A stretch of 64,000 nucleotides of DNA from an uncultured Eubacteriales bacterium (GCA_900546315.1 URCP01000004.1:195-64194); one strand, 5' to 3'; shown: positions 45,778 to 56,194, counted from the first letter of the stretch. Translations and numbers: made by a program. Notes: a model not told the origin generated them from the sequence alone.

Positions 45778-47472
45778 ATGCTGATTTCGCTCCACATTGA
45801 AAATATAGCGGTGATCAAGACCGCGGACATAGACTTCACCGCCGGTTTCACGGTGCTGACAGGCGAGACCGGAGCCGGAAAGTCGATAATAATAGATTCG
45901 ATAGCCCTGATACTCGGCGCGAAGCAGTCTAAGGAGCTGATACGCAGCGGTGAGGAGACCGCGATGGTCTCCGCGCTGTTCGGAGACATGAATATACGGG
46001 CGCTGAACGAGCTTTCGGCGTTAGGTCTCGCTCCGGACGAGGACGGGATGATTCTGCTCTCGAGGACGATCAGCACTTCGGGAAAATCGACGGCGAGAAT
46101 GAACGGTCGCGCGATACCGATGTCGCTTCTGAAAGACGTGGCGAAGCATCTTATCGCGATACACGGTCAGCATGACAACATGACGCTTCTCGACCCGGAG
46201 AAGCATATAAATTACCTTGACAGCTTCGCGTCGCTCGGCACGCTTCCGGAAGAGTATTCGGAGTGCTACAACAGGTACCGCGAGCTCGAGAGAAAGATCG
46301 CGGAGATGACGTCGGACGAGCGCGAGAAGGCGCGCCGTCTTGAGTTCCTGAAATTTCAGATAGACGAGATAGCCGCGGCGAAGCTGAAGCCCGGAGAAGA
46401 GGAAGCGCTCGAGAAAAAGCGCGCGAAGCTCCAGAACAGCGAGAACATAAACCGTCTCTCACATCAGGTCTACGCGTCGCTCTATCAGAACGAGAAGGGA
46501 ACCTCGGCTCTCGACCGTTTGAGAAGGTCGGTGAAGGCGCTCGATACTCTATCCGCCGTGATACCGGAGGCGGGGGAACTGTCAGGGCGCCTCGAGCAGG
46601 CGGGTTATGAGATCGAGGATATCGCGCTGACGGCTGAGGCTTTCGCGGACGACTCGGACGGCGACCCGACCGCCGGGCTCGACAGAATAGAGTCGCGGCT
46701 CGACGAGATATCGAAGCTCGAGCGCAAGTACGGCGACACGATACCGGATATCCTCGCGTTCCTCGAGAAGTCGAAAAAGGAGCTCGAGTCGATCGAGCTG
46801 TCGGAGGAGCGCCTTAACGAATGCGTCGCCGAGAAGAAGAAGCTGCTTCCGGTGCTCGAGAAGAAGGCGGCGGAGATGACCCGTCTGCGCACCGACGCCG
46901 CGGCGGGGCTTGAGGAGAGGATAATCTCCGAGCTCGCGTACCTTGACATGAAGGGCGTCACGTTCTCGGTCGAGATACTTCCCGTTCAGGGCGGCTTCAC
47001 TCCGCGCGGCGCGGACCGGGTGGAGTTTCTTATCTCGACGAACAAGGGCGAGCCGCTGAAGCCGCTCGCGAAGATCGCATCGGGCGGCGAGCTGTCGCGT
47101 ATAATGCTCGCAATAAAGAGCGTCCTCGCCGAGAAGGATTTCCCGGACACGATGATCTTCGACGAGGTCGACACGGGAGTCTCCGGAAAAACCTCGCAGA
47201 AGATAGGAATAAAGCTGCGCGCGCTCGCGATGAGCATACCGGACGACAGAATGGCTCAGGTCATCTGTATCACGCACTCGGCGCAGATAGCGGCGCTCGC
47301 CGACAATCACTACCTGATCTCGAAGAAGGAGACGGACGGAAGGGTCCGCACGAGCGTGACACCGCTTGACAAAGAGGGGCGGGTAGACGAGATCGCGAGG
47401 ATCATGGGCGGCATAAACATAACCGACCGCCTGCGCGAGACCGCGCGGGAAATGATAGACGAGAAGATATGA
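45778..47472 (+). CDS. recN: DNA repair protein RecN
   Basis: It has the N-terminal Walker A LTGETGAGKSIIIDS and the C-terminal SGGELSRIMLA...FDEVDTGVSG. Confidence 0.95.
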   Translation: MLISLHIENIAVIKTADIDFTAGFTVLTGETGAGKSIIIDSIALILGAKQSKELIRSGEETAMVSALFGDMNIRALNELSALGLAPDEDGMILLSRTISTSGKSTARMNGRAIPMSLLKDVAKHLIAIHGQHDNMTLLDPEKHINYLDSFASLGTLPEEYSECYNRYRELERKIAEMTSDEREKARRLEFLKFQIDEIAAAKLKPGEEEALEKKRAKLQNSENINRLSHQVYASLYQNEKGTSALDRLRRSVKALDTLSAVIPEAGELSGRLEQAGYEIEDIALTAEAFADDSDGDPTAGLDRIESRLDEISKLERKYGDTIPDILAFLEKSKKELESIELSEERLNECVAEKKKLLPVLEKKAAEMTRLRTDAAAGLEERIISELAYLDMKGVTFSVEILPVQGGFTPRGADRVEFLISTNKGEPLKPLAKIASGGELSRIMLAIKSVLAEKDFPDTMIFDEVDTGVSGKTSQKIGIKLRALAMSIPDDRMAQVICITHSAQIAALADNHYLISKKETDGRVRTSVTPLDKEGRVDEIARIMGGINITDRLRETAREMIDEKI

Positions 47473-48182
47473 TCATGGAAAACAAGAAATATACGACCCT
47501 GCTCTTCGACGCGGACATGACCCTGTTCGATTTCACGCGGGCGGAAAAGGACGCGTTCGGAATAGTGATGCGCAGGCACGGCATAGAATTTGACGCGGCG
47601 GATTTTGAAAGATATAAAAATTACAACGAAAGTCTCTGGGCGAGCTACGGGCGCGGGGAGATAACGAAGGAGTTTCTTCAGAGGGAGCGTTTCGCGGCGT
47701 TTCTCCCGACCGTCGGGGGAGGAGAGGAGCTTGACGGCGGCGAGGTGAACCGGGAATACCTCGAGTCGCTCGCCGACTGCTCGGTGCTGCTTGACGGCGC
47801 GGAGGACGCCTGCCGGATACTTTCCGGGGTGTATGACCTGTATATCGTGACGAACGGCGTCGAGAGGACGCAGAAGAAGCGGCTCGCGAATTCCGCTGTA
47901 AAGCCGTATATAAAGGACATCTTCGTCTCCGAGGAGGTCGGCGTTCCGAAGCCGATGAAGGAATATTTCGATTATGTCTTCGCTCATATCGGCGAAGAGA
48001 GACGGGAGAGCTCGGTTATCATCGGCGATTCGCTGACCTCGGACATCGAGGGCGGTCGGCGCGCCGGGATAGACACGATACTTTTCTGCCCGTCCGGAAA
48101 GCCGTCGGGCGAGACTCCGGTGCCGGACCATATCGTCCGCGACCACGCGGAGCTTGTGCGGCTTCTCATGCCAACAGAGTGA
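47469..48182 (+). CDS. HAD-IA family hydrolase (YjjG-like nucleotidase family)
   Basis: Motif I is LLFDADMTLFDF and motifs III/IV read GDSLTSDIEGG. The start makes an ATGA overlap with the recN stop. Confidence 0.8.
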   Translation: MIMENKKYTTLLFDADMTLFDFTRAEKDAFGIVMRRHGIEFDAADFERYKNYNESLWASYGRGEITKEFLQRERFAAFLPTVGGGEELDGGEVNREYLESLADCSVLLDGAEDACRILSGVYDLYIVTNGVERTQKKRLANSAVKPYIKDIFVSEEVGVPKPMKEYFDYVFAHIGEERRESSVIIGDSLTSDIEGGRRAGIDTILFCPSGKPSGETPVPDHIVRDHAELVRLLMPTE

Positions 48183-48200
48183 TCATGCGGGAGATTGTCT

Positions 48201-49136
48201 ATGATTGATCAGAACAACCTTTTGACATTATTATCGCGCCTTGGCGTGAGGTATGAGGAGAGCTGTCCGCTTTCGCGCCTCACGAGCTTCCGGATAGGCG
48301 GACCGGCGCGTATTGCCGTTTTCCCGGAGAGCCCGGAACGGGCGGTCGGGGCTATGGACGCGCTGAAAGAGAGCGGAGTTCCGTTCACGGTGATAGGGAA
48401 CGGAACGAATCTGCTGGCTCCGGACGGCGGGTATGACGGCGCTGTTGTAGTGATGACCGGGATTGCCGGTTTTTCCGCGTCTGACCCTGACAATGCCGGC
48501 GGAAGAACATTGACTGTCGGCGCAGGAATGCCGGTGACCTTGCTCGCGTCGAGGGCGGCGAAGCTGTCACTGACCGGACTTGAGTTCGCTTACGGAATTC
48601 CCGGAACGGTCGGCGGCGGAATCTATATGAATGCCGGGGCTTACGGCGGGCAGGTGTCGGACGTCGTCGTGTCGAGCCGGTGGTATGACCCGGAAACCGG
48701 CGAGACCGGAACGCTCGACGCGCCGGGACACGATTTCGCGTACCGCCACAGCTCATACATGGAGAACGGCAGGGTCATTATATCGGCTGAAATAAGACTC
48801 GCCGCCGGTGACGCCGACACGATCGGAGCCGCGATGAAGGACTATATGTCGAGAAGGTGTGAAAAGCAGCCGCTCGACCTGCCGAGCGCCGGGAGCGTGT
48901 TCAAGCGGGGAAACGGATTCATAACTGCGAAGCTGATCGAGGAATGCGGTCTCAAGGGTCGCAGGGTCGGCGGTGCGGAGGTCTCTCTGAAGCATGCCGG
49001 TTTCATAGTGAACCGCGGCGGGGCGACCGCGCGCGATGTTCTGACGCTCGCCGATATCGTCCGGGATGAGGTCTTTGAAAAGACCGGAAAGACGATAGAG
49101 CGCGAGATAAGGACGCTGCCGGACGGAAAATACTGA
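48201..49136 (+). CDS. murB: UDP-N-acetylenolpyruvoylglucosamine reductase
   Basis: The motifs FRIGGPA, GNGTNLL and GSVFKRG are present. An alternative TTG start lies at 48195. Confidence 0.92.
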   Translation: MIDQNNLLTLLSRLGVRYEESCPLSRLTSFRIGGPARIAVFPESPERAVGAMDALKESGVPFTVIGNGTNLLAPDGGYDGAVVVMTGIAGFSASDPDNAGGRTLTVGAGMPVTLLASRAAKLSLTGLEFAYGIPGTVGGGIYMNAGAYGGQVSDVVVSSRWYDPETGETGTLDAPGHDFAYRHSSYMENGRVIISAEIRLAAGDADTIGAAMKDYMSRRCEKQPLDLPSAGSVFKRGNGFITAKLIEECGLKGRRVGGAEVSLKHAGFIVNRGGATARDVLTLADIVRDEVFEKTGKTIEREIRTLPDGKY

Positions 49137-49205
49137 AAAATAACCCGGTGCGCCGTATGACCTGTTGCGGTGTGCCGATGACAATAAGAAAAGAGGAGTG
49201 AAAAG

Positions 49206-50093
49206 GTGGAATTTCTGATAATAACCGGTATGTCCGGCGCGGGCAAGTCTCAGGCGGCGAACACGCTTGAGGATCTCGGATGGTACTGTATAGACAATAT
49301 GCCCGCTCTGCTGATACCGAAGTTCGCGGAGATCTGCTCCGGAGGGACCGGCTTCGGCGCCGATCCGGCGCCGGGGTGGAGACAGGGCGGAAAGGTCGCC
49401 TTCGTCGTCGATATACGCGGCGAGGATGAGTTCGACACGCTGTTCACAAGGCTTGACGAGCTGAAGCTACAGAACTTCAACTGCCGCACGATCTTCATGG
49501 ACTGCGCGGACGAGGTGATAATCAGCCGTTATAAGTATACACGGCGCGCTCATCCGCTTGTCTCCGCCAAGAATATAAGCATTACGGAGGCGCTGAGGCT
49601 CGAGAGGGAGATGCTCGCGCCGGTAAGGCTCCGCGCGGACTATATCATCGACACTACCCGTCTGACTCCGGCACAGCTGAAGGAGAAGATCTCGGGAATA
49701 GTCCAGACAGGCACGGTGCATGAGATGTTTGTCACCTGTATGTCGTTCGGCTTCAAGTACGGCGCGGCGAGCGAGGCGGATCTCGTCTTTGACGTGAGAT
49801 GCTTCCCGAACCCGTACTATTACGAGGAGCTGAAGGAGCACACGGGGCTTGAGGCGCCTGTCAGGGACTTTGTCTTCTCACATGAGGAGACGAATACGTT
49901 CATGGACAAGCTCACTGATATGTTCGATTTCATGCTGCCGCTTTACTCGAAGGAGGGCAAGGCGCAGCTGATAATCGCCATAGGCTGCACGGGCGGAAAA
50001 CACCGCTCGGTCGCGATAGCCGAGGCGCTCGCGTCGCATATCAGAAAGAGCGGGTACAGAACCGTCACGATACACAGGGATATAAACAAGTAA
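49206..50093 (+). CDS. rapZ: RNase adapter / nucleotide-binding protein RapZ (YvcJ)
   Basis: It has Walker A ITGMSGAGKS and the C-terminal motif IGCTGGKHRSV. The start is GTG. Confidence 0.92.
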   Translation: MEFLIITGMSGAGKSQAANTLEDLGWYCIDNMPALLIPKFAEICSGGTGFGADPAPGWRQGGKVAFVVDIRGEDEFDTLFTRLDELKLQNFNCRTIFMDCADEVIISRYKYTRRAHPLVSAKNISITEALRLEREMLAPVRLRADYIIDTTRLTPAQLKEKISGIVQTGTVHEMFVTCMSFGFKYGAASEADLVFDVRCFPNPYYYEELKEHTGLEAPVRDFVFSHEETNTFMDKLTDMFDFMLPLYSKEGKAQLIIAIGCTGGKHRSVAIAEALASHIRKSGYRTVTIHRDINK

Positions 50094-50134
50094 ACCGGGG
50101 ATTCCGGAAAACATATTACGAGAGGACGATAGAA

Positions 50135-51055
50135 GTGTCGTTCGCACACGAAACAAAGACCGCGCTGGTGGATACGGCGCTACAGATAAAGCATCAGTGC
50201 TGCCGCAGGGCGTTCCTTTACGGAGCGCTCTACGGGGCTGGGACATTTTCAAGACAGAGGATAAAGCTCGTGACCACCTGCGAGCCTTTCGCGGAGCTGC
50301 TTGTCAGATGGCTCGACGAGCAGGATCATATAACAGCGAATCTTTATATAACAGAGCGCAAGACCGGCGCCGAGGGCGAGCGCTCGGGGTGCAAGATAAC
50401 CATTCCGCAGAAGCGGGAGGCGGAGAAGCTTTTTGGTTCATTCGGATACGCGCCGGACATCGCCGAGACTGAGATAATGTCCGGGATGTTTCATTGTCAG
50501 GGCTGTGAGCCGTCGTTTGTCAGGGGGGCGTTCCTGTCCGCGGGGACTATAACCGATCCGGAGAAGGGGTATCACCTGGAGATGAGCTTCGCTATGGTGG
50601 CGGCGGCTGAGAGTCTGTCGGGTCTGTTGACTGACGCGGGGCTCGAGCCGAAGATGATGTCGAGGCGCGGCGAGAGCGTGCTTTACTATAAGGACAGCGA
50701 GAGCATCGAGAATTTTCTCGCTTACATAGGGGCGAATACCGCGGCTTTCACTATCATGAACAAGAAGATCGAGCGGGAGCTCAGGAGCGGTGCTAACAGG
50801 ATAGCTAACGGTGAGATGGCGAATATCGGTAAGACGGTCGCCGCCGCCGCTGATCAGATAAACGCGATAAATAACCTGATAAGGTCGGGAGAGATTGAGC
50901 GGATACCGGAGGAGCTGAAGCAGACGGCGTATCTGCGGCTTGAGAACGAGGACGCGACGCTGGCGGCTTTGGCTGAGATGCATACGCCGCCGATAACGAA
51001 GTCAGGGGTGAATCATCGGCTTAAGAAGCTCGTGGAGCTCGGGGCGGGGGCATGA
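50135..51055 (+). CDS. whiA: DNA-binding protein WhiA
   Basis: It has a LAGLIDADG-like core and the C-terminal HTH TLAALAEMHTPPITKSGVNHRLKKL. The start is GTG. Confidence 0.9.
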   Translation: MSFAHETKTALVDTALQIKHQCCRRAFLYGALYGAGTFSRQRIKLVTTCEPFAELLVRWLDEQDHITANLYITERKTGAEGERSGCKITIPQKREAEKLFGSFGYAPDIAETEIMSGMFHCQGCEPSFVRGAFLSAGTITDPEKGYHLEMSFAMVAAAESLSGLLTDAGLEPKMMSRRGESVLYYKDSESIENFLAYIGANTAAFTIMNKKIERELRSGANRIANGEMANIGKTVAAAADQINAINNLIRSGEIERIPEELKQTAYLRLENEDATLAALAEMHTPPITKSGVNHRLKKLVELGAGA

Positions 51056-51522
51056 GGGTGCTTGTTGACGCGGACGGGTGTCCGGTTACTAGGATTGCCT
51101 TGCGGGTCGCGGCTGAGTATGGGGTTTCGTGCGTGGTGTTCTGTGATATGGCGCATGAGTTCCGGGAGCTTGGTTCTTCGGTCGAGGTGGTTACGGTGTC
51201 GACCGGGGCGGACAGCGCGGATTTTGCGCTTGTGAACCGGGCGGAGCGCGGGGATATTGTTGTGACGCAGGATTTCGGGCTGGCGGCGATGTGTATGGCG
51301 CGCGGCGCTGTGCCGGTTGACCAGAACGGACGGATTTACAGTGACGACAATATCGGCCTGCTGCTCGAGCAGCGGAATATGGCGAAGCGACTGAGACGCG
51401 GAGGCGCGCGCCTTAAGGGTCCGAAGCCGCGCCGTGATTCTCAGGATGCCGCGTTCGAGCGTACATTACGCTCGTTGTTATATTACACAGTAATGAGAAT
51501 TAATTATTTGTTTGAAGTTTGA
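51052..51522 (+). CDS. YaiI/YqxD family protein (DUF188)
   Basis: The protein reads MRVLVDADGCPV...IVVTQDFGLAA and its start overlaps the whiA stop. Confidence 0.8.
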   Translation: MRVLVDADGCPVTRIALRVAAEYGVSCVVFCDMAHEFRELGSSVEVVTVSTGADSADFALVNRAERGDIVVTQDFGLAAMCMARGAVPVDQNGRIYSDDNIGLLLEQRNMAKRLRRGGARLKGPKPRRDSQDAAFERTLRSLLYYTVMRINYLFEV

Positions 51523-51535
51523 GAAAAGGAGGGGG

Positions 51536-51579
51536 GCGGGGGCGGGAAAACCCATTACAAAGGGTTTTCCCTCCCCCGC
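51536..51579 (+). other. Very stable G/C-rich hairpin (17 bp plus 1 mismatch) with a G-tract-rich 5' arm, 33 nt upstream of dnaE
   Basis: The sequence is GCGGGGGCGGGAAAACCC-ATTACAAA-GGGTTTTCCCTCCCCCGC. No U-tract follows it. Confidence 0.7.
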
Positions 51580-51612
51580 AAACTAACACATCCCGCTTCC
51601 TCGGAGGTAAGT

Positions 51613-54600
51613 ATGCCTGATTTTGTCCATTTGCATCTTCATAGTGAGTATAGTTTGCTTGACGGCGCGTGTCGGGTCGAGGAGATACCGAGGCGGGCTA
51701 AGGAGTGCGGGCATTCTGCTTGTGCTATAACTGATCATGGGGTTATGTATGGCGCGGTGGCGTTTTATAATGCCTGTAAGAAGGAGGGGATAAAGCCGAT
51801 TATCGGGTGCGAGGTTTATCTTGCCAGGAGGACTCGGTTTGATAAGTCGCATGGGGAGGATTCTGCGAGTTATCATCTTGTGCTGCTTTGTAAGGATGAT
51901 GTCGGGTACCGGAATTTGATTTATATGGTGACTCGCGGGTTTACTGAGGGGTTTTATTCTAAGCCTCGGATTGATATGGAGTTGCTTGAGGGGCATCATG
52001 AGGGGCTGGTCGCTTTGTCGGCTTGTCTTGCGGGGGCTGTGCCGAGGATGCTTGCTAATGGGGACTATGAGGGGGCGCGGGCGCACGCGGAGAAGATGCG
52101 GTCGCTTTTCGGCGAGGATTATTACCTTGAGGTGCAGGATCACGGGATTGAGGAGCAGAAGAGGGTGAATCGGGGGATTGTGCGGTTGTCACATGAGTTG
52201 TCGATTCCTATGGTCGCGACTAATGACGCGCATTATCTGAGACGGCAGGACGCGGACAGTCAGGCGGTGCTTCTCTGCATACAGACGAATAACGTGATAA
52301 CGGATGGTCGGCCGATCGGGTTTGAGACGGATGAGTTTTATTATAAGACTACCGACGAGATGCACAGGCTGTTCGGGTATCTTGATGATGATCCGCTCGG
52401 GAGTCCGCTTGATAATACTGTTAAGATCGCGGAGAAGTGCGATTTTGACTTTGATTTTTCTAAGTTGTATCTTCCGGCGTTCAAGCCGGAGGACGGGACG
52501 CCTCCGGATGAGTACCTTGAGAGGCTCGCATGGGCGGGCTTTGACCGGAGATTTAAGGACGGACGGTTTGATTTTGAGCTTCATCCGGAGACTGAGTACC
52601 GCGAGAGGGTGAAGTATGAGCTTTCGGTCATCGGGAAGATGGGGTATTCGGAGTATTTCCTGATCGTGCAGGATTTCGTCAACTGGGCGAAGTCCAGGGA
52701 TATCCCGGTCGGACCTGGAAGAGGTTCCGGAGCGGGAAGTCTTGTCGCGTTTCTTATCGGGATAACGGATATTGATCCTCTGCGGTTTGATCTGCTGTTT
52801 GAGCGGTTTCTTAATCCTGAGCGGGTCAGTATGCCGGACTTCGATATTGATTTCTGCTATGACCGACGGGATGAGGTCATCGGGTACGTCAAGGAGAGGT
52901 ACGGCGACGACCATGTGTCGCAGATCATAACTTTCGGTACTATGGCGGCGAGGGCGGTTGTGAGGGATGTCGGGCGGGCGCTCGGTATGTCCTATTCGGA
53001 GACAGACGCGGTCGCGAAGTGCATTCCGCGTGAGCTTGACGTGACGCTTGACAGCGCGCTCGACTATTCTAAGGAGTTGCGGGAGATGTACGCGTCGGAC
53101 GAGAAGGTGAAGCGGCTGATCGACACGTCGAGAGCGCTCGAGGGTATGCCGCGACATTCGTCGACGCACGCGGCGGGCGTCGTCATCACTGACAGACCGG
53201 TCAGCGAGTATGTCCCGCTGTCGATGAACGGCGATGTCGTCGTGACGCAGTTTGATATGGATACGGTCGCGAAGCTCGGTCTTCTGAAGTTTGATTTTCT
53301 CGCGCTGAGGTACCTGACGATAATTCACGATACCGAGAAGCAGATACGCGAGAGCGAGCCGGATTTTTCGGTCGATAAGCTGCCGCTTGACGACAGGAAG
53401 GTCTATGAGCTGATTTCCTCCGGAAATACCGGCGGTGTGTTCCAGCTTGAATCGGGCGGAATGCGGCAGATGCTGACCGGGCTGAAGCCGGACAGAATAG
53501 ACGATATAATCGCGGCGATATCTCTTTATCGCCCGGGTCCGATGGATTCGATACCGAAATATATCGAGAACCGTAAAGACCCGTCGAAGATCAGATACCT
53601 GACGCCGCTTCTCGCGCCGATACTTGACGTGACATACGGCTGTATTGTATATCAGGAGCAGGTCATGCAGATCTGCCGCACGGTCGCGGGTTATTCGCTC
53701 GGACGCGCTGATCTTGTCAGACGCATGATGGCGAAGAAGAAGGTCTCCGAGATGGAGAAGGAGCGCGCGGTATTCCTCGAGGGCGCGGAAAAGAACGGCG
53801 TCGACAGAGAGGCGGCGGATAAGCTTTTTGATGAGATGTCATCCTTCGCGAGCTACGCGTTCAACAAGAGCCACGCGGCGGCTTACGCTGTGCTCGCTTA
53901 CCGCACGGCGTATCTGAAGGCGCATTATCCGTGTGAATACCTCGCCGCGCTCATGACGTCGGTGCTCGGAAACGCGGCGAAGACTTCGGAGTATATCTCG
54001 GAGTGCCAGCGCTACGGCATACGCATCCTGCCGCCGGACATAAACGAGAGCGGACCGGATTTCCGCGCGTACCATAATGACGGCGATAAGTATATCCGTT
54101 TCGGTCTGCTCGCGCTGAAGAATCTCGGCGAGGGCTTCGTGAAGCGCGTGATCGACGAGCGGAGGGACAGACCGTTCACATCCTTTGAGGATTTCGTAGA
54201 GCGCCTTTGGGGCAGCGACATGAACAAGCGGCAGCTCGAGGCGCTGATCAAGAGCGGAGCGTTCGACAGGCTCGGCGTCTACCGCAGCAGGCTTCTGCTC
54301 GCTTATGAGAAGATAGCGGATCATTATCAGGAGAGAAACCGCTCGAACGTCGCGGGACAGCTTGATCTGTTCTCGCTCGGAGGGGCGGACGAGAAGCCGA
54401 AGGGGTATGAGTATCCTGACGTCCCGGAGCTCAGCTTCCGCGAGAAGCTGAGACTTGAGAAGGAGTGCTCCGGAATGTATTTCTCCGGGCATCTGCTCGA
54501 GGATTTCAGTCGGCACATAGCGAAGATCGCGCCGGTGAAGATCGGTGAGCTTGTCGCGTCCGGCGAGGAATCCGACACTGAGACGCGGTTCAGCGACCGT

Positions 54601-55266
54601 CAGGTCGTCGTGATCTGCGGGATCGTGAATAAACGTCAGCTCAAGATGACGAAGACGAACGCGCAGATGGCGTTTCTGAGCGTCGAGGACGATTCCGGAG
54701 AGATGGAGGTCGTCGTCTTCCCGAAGACACTCGAGAGGTTCTCGCACCTGCTGACCGAGGAGGCGCCGCTGTGCATTGTCGGACAGCTGTCTCTCAGGGA
54801 CGACGAGGACCCGAAGCTGCTCGCGAACTCGATGGTTCCGCTGGTCGACAACGCGCACTTCTCGGAAGAAACCACGGATTCGCGTCAGAATGCCGCACCC
54901 ACAGCGTCCGCGAAGACGGCGCCGGAGGTCAGGACGAGTCAGCCGGAACCTCTGCGCACAGCCGCTCCGGCGCAGCAGAACGCACAGCGTCAGAGCGCGC
55001 CTGTGTCCGGATGGCAGCCGTATCAGCCGCTCTATCCGTCGCGCGTTTATCTGCGCGTTGAGAGCGCCGACGAAAGCTGCCGGGAATTCCGCAAGGCCGT
55101 GAATCTCGCCGGAATATTCTGCGACGGTACGACAGAGGTCATCTTCTATGACAAGTCGAAGTCGGCCTATGTGAAGATGAACGGCGTGCGTCTCGCCGCG
55201 TCGCCGTTCGTTGTCAATGAACTGAGGGAGCTTCTCGGTGAGGAGAATGTGGTCGTCAGGCAGTGA
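51613..55266 (+). CDS. dnaE: DNA polymerase III subunit alpha (DnaE type)
   Basis: It has a PHP domain (FVHLHLHSEYSLLDGA) and the polymerase core (GRGSGAGSLVAF, DFDIDF) in a 1217-aa protein. Confidence 0.97.
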   Translation: MPDFVHLHLHSEYSLLDGACRVEEIPRRAKECGHSACAITDHGVMYGAVAFYNACKKEGIKPIIGCEVYLARRTRFDKSHGEDSASYHLVLLCKDDVGYRNLIYMVTRGFTEGFYSKPRIDMELLEGHHEGLVALSACLAGAVPRMLANGDYEGARAHAEKMRSLFGEDYYLEVQDHGIEEQKRVNRGIVRLSHELSIPMVATNDAHYLRRQDADSQAVLLCIQTNNVITDGRPIGFETDEFYYKTTDEMHRLFGYLDDDPLGSPLDNTVKIAEKCDFDFDFSKLYLPAFKPEDGTPPDEYLERLAWAGFDRRFKDGRFDFELHPETEYRERVKYELSVIGKMGYSEYFLIVQDFVNWAKSRDIPVGPGRGSGAGSLVAFLIGITDIDPLRFDLLFERFLNPERVSMPDFDIDFCYDRRDEVIGYVKERYGDDHVSQIITFGTMAARAVVRDVGRALGMSYSETDAVAKCIPRELDVTLDSALDYSKELREMYASDEKVKRLIDTSRALEGMPRHSSTHAAGVVITDRPVSEYVPLSMNGDVVVTQFDMDTVAKLGLLKFDFLALRYLTIIHDTEKQIRESEPDFSVDKLPLDDRKVYELISSGNTGGVFQLESGGMRQMLTGLKPDRIDDIIAAISLYRPGPMDSIPKYIENRKDPSKIRYLTPLLAPILDVTYGCIVYQEQVMQICRTVAGYSLGRADLVRRMMAKKKVSEMEKERAVFLEGAEKNGVDREAADKLFDEMSSFASYAFNKSHAAAYAVLAYRTAYLKAHYPCEYLAALMTSVLGNAAKTSEYISECQRYGIRILPPDINESGPDFRAYHNDGDKYIRFGLLALKNLGEGFVKRVIDERRDRPFTSFEDFVERLWGSDMNKRQLEALIKSGAFDRLGVYRSRLLLAYEKIADHYQERNRSNVAGQLDLFSLGGADEKPKGYEYPDVPELSFREKLRLEKECSGMYFSGHLLEDFSRHIAKIAPVKIGELVASGEESDTETRFSDRQVVVICGIVNKRQLKMTKTNAQMAFLSVEDDSGEMEVVVFPKTLERFSHLLTEEAPLCIVGQLSLRDDEDPKLLANSMVPLVDNAHFSEETTDSRQNAAPTASAKTAPEVRTSQPEPLRTAAPAQQNAQRQSAPVSGWQPYQPLYPSRVYLRVESADESCREFRKAVNLAGIFCDGTTEVIFYDKSKSAYVKMNGVRLAASPFVVNELRELLGEENVVVRQ

Positions 55267-55296
55267 TACTGCCAAGACAGAAAGGTCGTTATAAAA

Positions 55297-56007
55297 ATGG
55301 GTCTCGGAAAGTCCGGAAAGAAAACAAAAGATAAGACAAAGCCCGCGAGGGGCTACCGCGCGATCGTGCCGTTCGCGAAGATGGCGTCGCCCGTGTTCAT
55401 GGCGCTGTATTTCGTCTGCATTGCCGCCGTGGCGCTGTCAGGCATTGTCGCGCTTATCATATTTCTTGTCAACACGCCTGTTGAAAAGATGCTTCTTCCG
55501 CCGCTGATGACGCTTCACGGTGAGGACTACTATTCGATCTTCATCGGAAACGGCATACGTATCGACGCGGCTTACGACACGGTCTCACTCATGGACGTGA
55601 AGACGGTCATCTGGGCGGAGCTTATCATGTGCGCGGCGGCGTCAGCGATGCTGGCTCCCGTCTGCCTCAATATGTCGAGGCTGATGAAGAACGTCGCCTC
55701 CGAGTCTCCTTACAACATGAACAACGCGAGGTACACGATGTATATCGGTCTGTCGGTGATGATCGGATACACGGTCGTCCTGACGGCGCGCAGGTTCTAC
55801 AATTATCTGCTCGTGAGGACGTTTGTCGCGGAGCCGGAGTCGATCCACCTGTCGATGGGGCTTGACCTCGGCGGAGTGGTCGTCGGGCTGCTGATAATCC
55901 TGCTCGGGTGCGTCATCGGGCATGTCTCTGAGCTTCACATAGCGGAGGCGATGAAGCCCGGACAGAACACGGATATCCAGCCGGTTGACGACGAAGACGA
56001 ACGATAA
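55297..56007 (+). CDS. Hypothetical polytopic membrane protein
   Basis: The 236-aa protein has about 5 hydrophobic segments. I recognise no domain. Confidence 0.55.
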   Translation: MGLGKSGKKTKDKTKPARGYRAIVPFAKMASPVFMALYFVCIAAVALSGIVALIIFLVNTPVEKMLLPPLMTLHGEDYYSIFIGNGIRIDAAYDTVSLMDVKTVIWAELIMCAAASAMLAPVCLNMSRLMKNVASESPYNMNNARYTMYIGLSVMIGYTVVLTARRFYNYLLVRTFVAEPESIHLSMGLDLGGVVVGLLIILLGCVIGHVSELHIAEAMKPGQNTDIQPVDDEDER

Positions 56008-56194
56008 ACGACAAGATTTGATTAACGCCGTGTTTCCAGGGTGTTATCCGCCGGAGCGAAATGTAAATTTTCAGGAAAACTGCGGAGCAATATCAAGTCG
56101 TTCATCCTGAATTCATAAAGATGAGCTAAAATATAGTAATAAAACACGTTCGATTTCGTCTTACAGATAAAAACAAAGGAAGGTAATACCGGAA

